A DNA stretch of 11,643 bases. Source: Candidatus Thorarchaeota archaeon. Its GTDB lineage: Archaea; Asgardarchaeota; Thorarchaeia; Thorarchaeales; Thorarchaeaceae. The notes beneath the pieces were generated by a model. The model was not told where the DNA came from and ran no database searches. It saw only the letters and a list, made by a program, of their open reading frames with translations. Positions 1 through 6,891 of the stretch are shown here, piece after piece. Location: the NCBI GenBank assembly GCA_048884785.1, contig JBHLQM010000049.1, positions 8,850-20,492 of the forward strand. The letters run 5' to 3'. The translations under genes were made by a program, and so were the position numbers. Position 1 is the first letter of the stretch; each line of letters opens with the position of its first letter.

Positions 1-641
1 AGACCAGCGGCGACTCCTGAAACAGCACTACCTCTTTTTAGACTCCTTGTAAAGAAGAAAAGAGTCAATAGGATGGCAAATACACCAATCATTTCATTAT
101 CATAGAAACCGGCAACAGTTCTCTGAATGAAAGCAGGCATGAATGCTAGGAAAAGTGCACTAAGCATACCAACTGTATTATTTGATAGCTCTCTTCCTAG
201 AAAGAATGCTACAATGGTAGTAAGTGCGCCCATGAATGCTGGGAGTACTAGTGAAACGTAGAGTACTGAAACCTGTATACCCATCGCATTTGCTACCCAG
301 TAGAAGAATGCACTCGTGAATGGCACACCTATATAGCTGGTTGTGGTCATATCACGTCCGAATGGTACCCAGGTAGTATCATCATACCAAGTAAAGAACG
401 CTGCATAGCCATTGTCAGCTACAAATTCTGTCACCTTGAGTTGGAACCATGGGTCGAATGCACGTACGAGAGGCTGTGCATCAATCATTGGTTCAAGACG
501 AAGAGCCAGTGCAGCAATGAAAATCATTACTAATGCTACAACTATAAGGACGGATCCTCGTGAAATTTTCGCTTTGGGTCGATGAAAAACTTGCCGCAAA
601 AATCTTCCGGCAGACCTCTTGAATTTACTGAACTTAGACAT
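1..641 (-). CDS. aglB: Oligosaccharyltransferase catalytic subunit AglB/STT3, N-terminal ~213 aa; runs off the left edge of the window
   Basis: Not in the ORF track; translated by hand from ATG at 641, open to the window edge: MSKFSKFKRSAGRFLRQVFHRPKAKISRGSVLIVVALVMIFIAALALRLEPMIDAQPLVRAFDPWFQLKVTEFVADNGYAAFFTWYDDTTWVPFGRDMTTTSYIGVPF...LPAFMGALT...MPAFIQRTVAGFYDNEMIGVF. FDPW, W-x-D-x3-W-x-P-x-GR and R-x-VAG-x-YDNE are STT3/AglB hallmark motifs. Several TM segments; GGAGAG SD-like site about 10 nt upstream. Confidence 0.93.
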   Translation of the reverse strand, partial: MSKFSKFKRSAGRFLRQVFHRPKAKISRGSVLIVVALVMIFIAALALRLEPMIDAQPLVRAFDPWFQLKVTEFVADNGYAAFFTWYDDTTWVPFGRDMTTTSYIGVPFTSAFFYWVANAMGIQVSVLYVSLVLPAFMGALTTIVAFFLGRELSNNTVGMLSALFLAFMPAFIQRTVAGFYDNEMIGVFAILLTLFFFTRSLKRGSAVSGVAAG

Positions 642-695
642 ACGGGGTACTCTCTCCGTTCTGACTCGAAGTCAACCCGTCCAGCTTCGGATGTG

Positions 696-710
696 CTAAA
701 AAGGTTGCGG
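696..710 (-). promoter_or_regulatory. Putative BRE/TATA element for aglB
   Basis: Minus strand reads CCGCAACC-TTTTTAG, about 55 nt upstream of the ATG at 641. Pattern match only. Confidence 0.35.
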
Positions 711-741
711 ATAGATGAACACTAGTACTATGTGAAATGGT

Positions 742-770
742 GAACGAAGAGAACTATTGTTAGCTCGTTC
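742..770 (-). terminator. Imperfect hairpin just downstream of gcvH, possible terminator or 3' stabilising stem
   Basis: GAACGA (742-747) and TCGTTC (765-770) are inverted repeats with an inner AAC/GTT stem, starting about 18 nt past the gcvH stop. No long U tract. Confidence 0.25.
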
Positions 771-787
771 GGGACATCCTAGAGAGT

Positions 788-1189
788 CTATTCCAACGAA
801 CCGATATAATCTCTATATGCATTTGCATCCAATAACGCTGCAAGGTCACCATCAAGATTTGATGGTTTAATCTTGAACATCCAACCCTTATCATATGGGG
901 ACTCGTTCACAATCTCTGGGGCATTTTCTAGTTCCCCGTTTACGTCAGTAATCTCCCCTGCGACAGGAGTGAAAATATCGGATGAGGCTTTCATTGATTC
1001 CACGAGGCCGCACTCCTCATTTGCCTTGAGTGTAGTCCCTGCCTCCTTTATCTCCACATACGTGATTTCGTGTAGCGAGTTCTGAGCAAAGTCGGTTATT
1101 CCAACAATGACGATTTTACCTTCAACCCTACACCACTCATGGTCGCGGCTATAATATAGCCCATCTCTTATTTCTGACCCATCAGACAT
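788..1189 (-). CDS. gcvH: Glycine cleavage system H protein (lipoyl carrier)
   Basis: YSRDHEW, VGITDFAQ, lipoylation motif VESMKASSDIFTPVAGEI, VNESPYDKGW; 133 aa; GGTGG SD-like site upstream. Confidence 0.96.
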   Translation of the reverse strand: MSDGSEIRDGLYYSRDHEWCRVEGKIVIVGITDFAQNSLHEITYVEIKEAGTTLKANEECGLVESMKASSDIFTPVAGEITDVNGELENAPEIVNESPYDKGWMFKIKPSNLDGDLAALLDANAYRDYIGSLE

Positions 1190-1227
1190 TTTGGTCCACC
1201 AACGTGTTCATCTTGTTCCAAGGTCCC

Positions 1228-1234
1228 TATAAAA
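1228..1234 (-). promoter_or_regulatory. Putative TATA box for gcvH (internal promoter between gcvT and gcvH)
   Basis: TTTTATA on the minus strand about 40 nt upstream of the gcvH ATG, within the 55-bp gcvT-gcvH gap. Confidence 0.4.
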
Positions 1235-1244
1235 CCCTACCATA

Positions 1245-2387
1245 TCAGGCGATTCGTGTCGAACCATACTTTTCAGTATCGAAGAATGGCCATTTTCTGA
1301 CTTCTGCCTTTCTTACTCTTCCCTTGATATCAATCTCAATAACATCTTTCTCATCTACGCTTCCGGGTGGAACATATCCCATTCCAATACCTGCATTTAG
1401 TATTGGTGAGATTCCTCCGCTGGTTGTCAGGCCGATTTGTTTACCATCAAGAAGAATAGGATAGCTCTCACGAGGAATCCCGCGTTCTACCATTACAAAT
1501 CCAATCCTTGTCTTTTTAACACCCTCAGTTTTTTGGTTCGAGAGCGCATCATACCCGATGTAGCGTGGTTCGACCTTGAACTTAACCGCATACGGGATTA
1601 CAGCTTCAAGGGGAGATGTTTCCTCATCCAGCTCATGACCATACAAAACAAATCCAGCCTCAAGACGTGTGGAGTCTCGAGCTCCAAGACCGCAAGGTAT
1701 GACTCCAAGTTCCTCACCTTGCTTCAGCAGCTCTTCCCAAAATTGTTTGGCTTTCTTCTTGCCCTGATCGGTGAACGGAGTATTTAGGACGAGTATCTCA
1801 CCGCCGTCCTCTCCTGTATAACCTGTTCTACAGAGGTAAGTGTCATGACCAGCCATCTTTACTGGGTTGCATGTGAAGCGGCCATAATTGAGCTCTCTTC
1901 CAGCCATTTTTGAGAAGAGAGCCAATGCATTAGGACCCTGTACTGCAACCATAGTAATCTCACGGGATTTGTCTTTTACAGTGACATTAAATTGTGCAGC
2001 GTTACTGGATAGATGGCCCCAAATCTTTGGCCCATTTGCTGCATTTGTTACCCAGATGAACTCTTCTTCTCCAATGCGGTAGAGCATAAGGTCATCATGG
2101 ATACCACCATTCTCGTTCAGACAGGTAGTATAATGACCTCCATTGATATCGAGTTTACTCACATTGTTTGTTGTCATAGTCTGGAGAAATTCCACTGCCT
2201 GTGGCCCCGATATAAAGAACCTATACATGTTTGACGTGTCGAAAATCCCAACTGTGTTTCGCACGGCCATATGTTCTTCTCTGATATCTGAGAAGCGGAC
2301 TGGCATCTCCCAGCCCACAAAAGGCACAAGATCGCCATGCTGTTTGTGCCATTCGTATAGTTGAGTACGCTTGAGCTCATCGTTCAT
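1245..2387 (-). CDS. gcvT: Glycine cleavage system aminomethyltransferase (T protein)
   Basis: KRTQLYEWH, FVGWEMPV, EEHMAVR, NENGGIHDD, VTNAAN, AVQGP, RTGYTGEDGGEI, GLGARDSTRLEAG, LYGHE; adjacent to gcvH; GGTGA SD upstream of ATG 2387. Confidence 0.96.
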   Translation of the reverse strand: MNDELKRTQLYEWHKQHGDLVPFVGWEMPVRFSDIREEHMAVRNTVGIFDTSNMYRFFISGPQAVEFLQTMTTNNVSKLDINGGHYTTCLNENGGIHDDLMLYRIGEEEFIWVTNAANGPKIWGHLSSNAAQFNVTVKDKSREITMVAVQGPNALALFSKMAGRELNYGRFTCNPVKMAGHDTYLCRTGYTGEDGGEILVLNTPFTDQGKKKAKQFWEELLKQGEELGVIPCGLGARDSTRLEAGFVLYGHELDEETSPLEAVIPYAVKFKVEPRYIGYDALSNQKTEGVKKTRIGFVMVERGIPRESYPILLDGKQIGLTTSGGISPILNAGIGMGYVPPGSVDEKDVIEIDIKGRVRKAEVRKWPFFDTEKYGSTRIA

Positions 2388-2457
2388 TAGAGGTCACCAT
2401 TCTTTGACGATGATTCCACGAAGGAGCGAGGTTTTATTTCCTTCTGTGGAGCCAAAA

Positions 2458-3294
2458 ATGCGAGGCTGTAAATTGAATAAAGAGCTGACTGTGAAAGGAC
2501 TACGAATTGGAAAACCCAATCCAGTCAGGATTATGGGAGTAATCAATCTCTCCCCTGAATCGTTCTATTCTGGTTCGGTTGTGACAAGTAATCAGGATCT
2601 AGCAAGACGAATTGGAGAGATGATTGAGCAGGGTGCGGATATTATTGATATTGGAGGCGCTTCAACCGCTCCATTTGAAGTCTATGGGACAGGAAGAATT
2701 ACAATGAATGATGAACTCGCAAGAATCAGTTCTGCACTGAAGACAATAATTGACTGCACGGATTTGCCAATCTCCATTGATACTGCATCATCAAAGGTAG
2801 CTGAGCTTGCCCTTGATAAAGGGGTATCAATCGTTAATGATGTATCCGGATTGCGTGGTGATAGAAATATGGCGGCTCTTATTGCGGAAAGACTGGTGCC
2901 GCTAGTCATCATGGCAAACTGTCCCCAAGGATGCAACAGCATTGACTCATCAATAGATGCATTAAGAAACAGTATTCAGATTGCCAAGAATGCCGGAATT
3001 GAGGAGAACCAGCTAATTCTAGACCCTGGAATAGGTTTCGGTAAGCCGCCCGAAGTTGACTATGAAATTCTGAAAAGACTTGAGATATTTAGTGCGTTTG
3101 GAAGACCATTACTTGTAGGAGTTTCGCGGAAGGCTTTCATTGGTCACATTCTATCGGAGGAGAATCCAGAAGACCGATTGTATGGCAGTATCGCGGCCAC
3201 AGCTGTTGCTGTCGTTAATGGAGCAGATTTGATACGAACTCATGATGTGAAAGAAACTCTAGCCGCTGCAAGAGTTGGAGAAATCTTACGGTGA
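2458..3294 (+). CDS. folP: Dihydropteroate synthase (pterin-binding TIM barrel), archaeal-type variant
   Basis: IMGVINLSPESF, GADIIDIGG, ISIDT, IVNDVSG, ILDPGIGFGK, LVGVSRKAFIG, GADLIRTHDV. The track start at 2371 overlaps the gcvT start. The real start is likely ATG 2458 (GGAG upstream) or TTG 2473 (GAGG upstream). Confidence 0.93.
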   Translation: MRGCKLNKELTVKGLRIGKPNPVRIMGVINLSPESFYSGSVVTSNQDLARRIGEMIEQGADIIDIGGASTAPFEVYGTGRITMNDELARISSALKTIIDCTDLPISIDTASSKVAELALDKGVSIVNDVSGLRGDRNMAALIAERLVPLVIMANCPQGCNSIDSSIDALRNSIQIAKNAGIEENQLILDPGIGFGKPPEVDYEILKRLEIFSAFGRPLLVGVSRKAFIGHILSEENPEDRLYGSIAATAVAVVNGADLIRTHDVKETLAAARVGEILR

Positions 3295-3299
3295 GCGAA

Positions 3300-4010
3300 A
3301 TGCTGTGGAATGATTGGAAGCCATTTTATTTCAGCATCGTTGAACAACTTGGTATTGATCCCTGCAAGGATAGAGAGGCGACCGTTGTCCTTGGTCGATT
3401 GCTAGAGAATTCGAATCCCTCTACACTGTTGGATAGGCTAGAAATGATTAGAAATCGCGATGTTGTAGTATTTGGAGGCGGCCCTTCACTAGAGAATCAT
3501 ATCAAGATTGTATTATCTAACTCGCAAAACTCTGACACTATATTCATGGCAGCCGATGGCGCTGTCACAGCACTTCTGGAACAAGATCTGATATGTGATT
3601 TTGTTGTAACAGACCTTGATGGGAACAAGTCAGATATTCTGAAATCCATCAGAGAAGGGACCACGGCTATAGTGCATGCACATGGTGACAATATCCCAGC
3701 TCTTTACGACTTCATTCCTAGAGTAGAAGATGTGCTCGGAAGTACACAGGTAGAACCTCTTTCAAACGTGTTCCTCTGGGGAGGGTTTACCGACGGGGAT
3801 AGAGCCTGCTATATTGCTTCTCACTACAGTCCAAGAAGAATTATCCTTGCAGGTATGGATTTTGGACAATCTGTGGGAAAGTGGTCAAAACCTGGACACC
3901 GTGACAGCTTTCGTGCATCACCACGAAAACTAGTCAAACTAAAGATTGCACAGGAACTTCTTTCACACCTTTGGTCAACTACCGGAATTGTTCACTCGTA
4001 TGTCCAATAG
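3300..4010 (+). CDS. mptE: 6-hydroxymethyl-7,8-dihydropterin pyrophosphokinase, archaeal MptE (DUF115/COG1634) family
   Basis: W-x2-W-x3-Y-x2-I N-terminus, DREA, GGGPSL, AADGA, VTDLDG, VHAHGDN, GSTQVEP, GGFTDGDRA, LAGMDFG, GKWSKP; abuts folP, whose substrate it makes. Start is ATG 3300 (GGTGA 5 nt upstream) or GTG 3291 overlapping the folP stop. Confidence 0.9.
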   Translation: MLWNDWKPFYFSIVEQLGIDPCKDREATVVLGRLLENSNPSTLLDRLEMIRNRDVVVFGGGPSLENHIKIVLSNSQNSDTIFMAADGAVTALLEQDLICDFVVTDLDGNKSDILKSIREGTTAIVHAHGDNIPALYDFIPRVEDVLGSTQVEPLSNVFLWGGFTDGDRACYIASHYSPRRIILAGMDFGQSVGKWSKPGHRDSFRASPRKLVKLKIAQELLSHLWSTTGIVHSYVQ

Positions 4011-4022
4011 GGCTCTTTTGAA

Positions 4023-4439
4023 TTAGGATGTCTTTATTCCAAAGAGGTATCCGAATGTCAGGAAAGCTATTCCTGCAAGAATTATACCAAGGATGAGTAA
4101 TCGTGTGGCATAACCCGGTTGGAAAACATATCTTGATGAGTAGTAAACAAGACCAAGGCCAATTGTCCCTATCAGAGTAACAACTGACGCAACGATGCCT
4201 TCTAGACCAAGTTGCACATCAATTCCTGGGGCAATAAGAATTGGTATACCACTGGTACTACCTGCAATTGGTGGGGGCGTTCTAACCATGGTATAGATAT
4301 TTCCACCAAGAATAAACAATATTGCTACAAACAGCACTCCGAATAGTAGAATTCCAGGAGGCCTACTAGGTGTGGTGAAACGTGGTCGACGGAGTCTTAC
4401 TTGTGGTTGAATGATGCTTTTCGGCCACCAAGGTTTCAT
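4023..4439 (-). CDS. Three-TM membrane protein, OSTC/DC2-like (OST3/OST6 family TM domain) oligosaccharyltransferase accessory subunit
   Basis: 138 aa with three hydrophobic segments. PQVRLRRP, ILGGNIY-x5-PPP, Q-x3-EG and a C-terminal K match, in order and spacing, human OSTC as recalled (PNLKLKKP, ITGGIIY-x5-PP, QYIMEG, MRMKLP). GAGGT SD upstream. Confidence 0.75.
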   Translation of the reverse strand: MKPWWPKSIIQPQVRLRRPRFTTPSRPPGILLFGVLFVAILFILGGNIYTMVRTPPPIAGSTSGIPILIAPGIDVQLGLEGIVASVVTLIGTIGLGLVYYSSRYVFQPGYATRLLILGIILAGIAFLTFGYLFGIKTS

Positions 4440-4474
4440 ATCTTTACCTCGAACCGTCAGGTTTGGCGGTCTGC

Positions 4475-4488
4475 TTTTAAGAGTATCG
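4475..4488 (-). promoter_or_regulatory. Putative BRE/TATA element for the OSTC-like gene
   Basis: Minus strand CGATACT-CTTAAAA about 36-48 nt upstream of ATG 4439. Confidence 0.35.
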
Positions 4489-4498
4489 TGGAATGCAG

Positions 4499-4516
4499 AA
4501 TTGTACTAGTACAATT
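4499..4516. repeat. Perfect 18-bp palindrome in the divergent OSTC-like/topA intergenic region
   Basis: AATTGTACTAGTACAATT is its own reverse complement. With bulges it extends to flanking TGCA...TGCA (4494-4523). Confidence 0.9.
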
Positions 4517-4556
4517 TCTTGCAATCAAAAGCATTTAGGATAAGGGAAACGATCTG

Positions 4557-6671
4557 ATGTCCAACATCATGGTGATTTCAGAGAAGCCAACTGCTGCGAA
4601 GAAGATTGCAGTGGCTCTTGATGAGAAGAGTGCACCCAAGGAAATCAAGAAACGAGGCGCATCATACTTTGAATGTTCACGTGGCGGTAATTCTCTCTTT
4701 GTAGTCTATGCTCTAGGGCATCTATTTGAACTACGACAGACTGAGAAGGGATGGACCTATCCTCGCTTGGAGATGGAATGGGTACCTAGGTATGAGGTTG
4801 AAAAGAAGGCTACTGGCATAAAGCCCATCATTTCACTAATCAAGCAGCTTTCCAAGAATACTGATATCTTTGTTATTGCCACAGACTATGACATTGAAGG
4901 GAGTCTGATAGGATTTCTCACTCTCAAGTATGCATGTGGTGTGGAGCCAGGCAGAGCTCGACGTATGTTCTTCTCAACACTCACGGCGCATGAACTTCAG
5001 CATTCCTTTGATAATGCAAATCCATCTCTAGAATTGCCCATGATAGAAGCAGGGCATGTGCGTCATGAAGTTGATTGGCTTTATGGAATCAACCTTACAC
5101 GTGCCCTTACTCTAGCAATAAAGAATGTTTCAGGATGGTTCAAGATTGTTTCTACAGGGAGAGTACAAGGCCCTGTATTGTCATTTGTTTCCGAACGTGA
5201 CAAACAAATCAATATCTTTGTCCCTATTCCATATTGGTCAATTAACTGCATTGGACAATTCAAAGAAGCAGATCTTTCTCTTGAGTATAGTAGAGGGCGG
5301 ATTGATGTTCTAAACGATGCAGAAAATATCGCTAAATCACTTCGAGGAAAAACTGCAATCGTAGATAATGTAGTTCAAAAAGAGTTTACGCAGAGCCCAC
5401 CAGTTCCATTTGATTTAAGCGGATTACAGGCAGAGGCATACAGGCACTTTGGATTCAAACCTAGTAGAACTCTAGCTCTTGCACAGACCCTCTATATGGA
5501 GGGATTGATCTCATATCCCCGTACAAGCAGCCAACAAATTCCATCTTCGGTCGACATTGTGCAGATACTGAAAGGTATCACTTTGCAGAAACAGTACAAA
5601 GCATTAGCAAAGAAGATAATCGAAAGCAAGAATCTCATTCCCATCCAAGGCAAGAAGACAGACCCGGCGCATCCTGCAATACATCCAACTGGCGAGAAGC
5701 CAAGTAGACGACTAACACCCAGTGAGAATAACGTTTACGATCTCATCGTCAGAAGATTCCTCTCTCTCTTTGGGCCGCCCGCCAAGAAAGAGAGTATGAG
5801 AGTGAATATCAAATGTGACTCTCATGAACTACTCGCAAGAGGACTGAGAGTTATTGAAGTGGGCTGGATGGAGTACTACGAAAAATACGCGTATCAGAAA
5901 GAGAACATCCTACCATATCTGGGAAAGGGAGATAGTATTCTTCTGAAACAAGTAAATTTCGAGGAGAAAAGGACGACACCGCCAAATAGGTACAATCCAG
6001 CAAGTCTACTGAAGGTTCTTGAAAAGGAAAGACTGGGCACAAAGGCAACCAGAGCCAGCATAGTGGATTCGGTTCGATCCCGCGGATATACCCTAAATGA
6101 TAGATTCGAGATGTCTACATTGGGTTACACTCTCTTTGAAACGCTAAGGGAGTATGTTCCCTCCATGCTCTCAGCGGAATTTACTCGAGAACTTGAGCAA
6201 AAAATGGATACAATTCAAGAAGGGGGAACAAATCGTGAGTCGGTTCTTGATGAAGCCAAGACCGATTTACTCGCACTACTGCAGACTTTTCAAACCAAAG
6301 AGGACCTAATCGGTACAGCCTTAGTCACAGGTCTTCGTCAATACTGGAGTGAGAGTGAAGAACTCGGAACATGTCCGAAATGTGGTGATGGAACCCTAAG
6401 AGTAGTGCAGTCACCTAAGACTGGTAAACGGTTTGTGGGGTGTTCAAACTATAAAGAGGGCAAGTGTGACCAGACCTACCCTCTTCCTCAGAAAGGGACT
6501 ATTGCCCCTCTAGACAAGATTTGTCCTCACTGTGGATATCAGATGATCAAAGTAGTTTCAGGAAGAAGGGCATGGGAGACCTGTCTGAATTGGACCAGTT
6601 GTCCCGGTCGTCAAGAAGAATTGAAACAGCTAGAAGAAAGACGTGCAAAGGGAGTGAAAGAGAGTGAGTGA
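4557..6671 (+). CDS. topA: DNA topoisomerase I (type IA, archaeal TopA/Top3-like) with two C-terminal zinc ribbons
   Basis: TOPRIM motifs ISEKP and ATDYDIEG; STGRVQGP; catalytic Tyr in LISYPRT; HPAIHPT; LGTKATRA; C4 ribbons CPKC...FVGCSNYKEGKC and CPHC...CLNWTSC. Confidence 0.97.
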   Translation: MSNIMVISEKPTAAKKIAVALDEKSAPKEIKKRGASYFECSRGGNSLFVVYALGHLFELRQTEKGWTYPRLEMEWVPRYEVEKKATGIKPIISLIKQLSKNTDIFVIATDYDIEGSLIGFLTLKYACGVEPGRARRMFFSTLTAHELQHSFDNANPSLELPMIEAGHVRHEVDWLYGINLTRALTLAIKNVSGWFKIVSTGRVQGPVLSFVSERDKQINIFVPIPYWSINCIGQFKEADLSLEYSRGRIDVLNDAENIAKSLRGKTAIVDNVVQKEFTQSPPVPFDLSGLQAEAYRHFGFKPSRTLALAQTLYMEGLISYPRTSSQQIPSSVDIVQILKGITLQKQYKALAKKIIESKNLIPIQGKKTDPAHPAIHPTGEKPSRRLTPSENNVYDLIVRRFLSLFGPPAKKESMRVNIKCDSHELLARGLRVIEVGWMEYYEKYAYQKENILPYLGKGDSILLKQVNFEEKRTTPPNRYNPASLLKVLEKERLGTKATRASIVDSVRSRGYTLNDRFEMSTLGYTLFETLREYVPSMLSAEFTRELEQKMDTIQEGGTNRESVLDEAKTDLLALLQTFQTKEDLIGTALVTGLRQYWSESEELGTCPKCGDGTLRVVQSPKTGKRFVGCSNYKEGKCDQTYPLPQKGTIAPLDKICPHCGYQMIKVVSGRRAWETCLNWTSCPGRQEELKQLEERRAKGVKESE

Positions 6672-6891
6672 ATGCGCAATCTGCGGTCGGCATGTGGTAT
6701 CAAAAGAGGGCTACTGTGAATACCATAGTCTAGCATTGCAGAATATTCATACTGCATTTGAGAGCTGGAATCACGCATTGGAGATTGATTGGAAGATGTA
6801 CCTCTCGCGTATTCTCGATGAAGAGAGTCTTGGAAAGTTCGCACGAGAAGTTGTGGAGCATCTTATGCAACAAGATGGTTCTTCAGAATGA
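6664..6891 (+). CDS. Small hypothetical protein with N-terminal C-x2-C-x10-C-x2-H putative zinc site
   Basis: 75 aa, MSECAICGRHVVSKEGYCEYH followed by a helical Trp/Tyr-containing segment. GTG start overlaps the topA end by 8 nt, with GGAGTGA SD-like site upstream. Confidence 0.75.
   Translation: MSECAICGRHVVSKEGYCEYHSLALQNIHTAFESWNHALEIDWKMYLSRILDEESLGKFAREVVEHLMQQDGSSE

Noticed and set aside
873-2380. Shadow ORFs over gcvH/gcvT (873-1085, 1204-1464, 1437-1787, 1888-2082, 2013-2234, 2143-2364, 2174-2380)
   Set aside because: Antisense or off-frame to well-supported genes, with no recognisable motifs.
2371-2457. N-terminal extension of folP given by the ORF track
   Set aside because: Overlaps the gcvT start and SD and would remove the divergent promoter space; SD-supported starts exist at 2458 and 2473.
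6650-6680. Possible programmed frameshift fusing topA to the zinc protein
   Set aside because: No canonical slippery heptamer; the small ORF has its own SD and GTG start, so translational coupling is the simpler reading.
2682-6844. Short ORFs inside folP, mptE and topA (2682-2942, 3497-3691, 5081-5263, 5125-5313, 5851-6048, 6611-6844)
   Set aside because: Nested in or antisense to conserved genes; no independent evidence.
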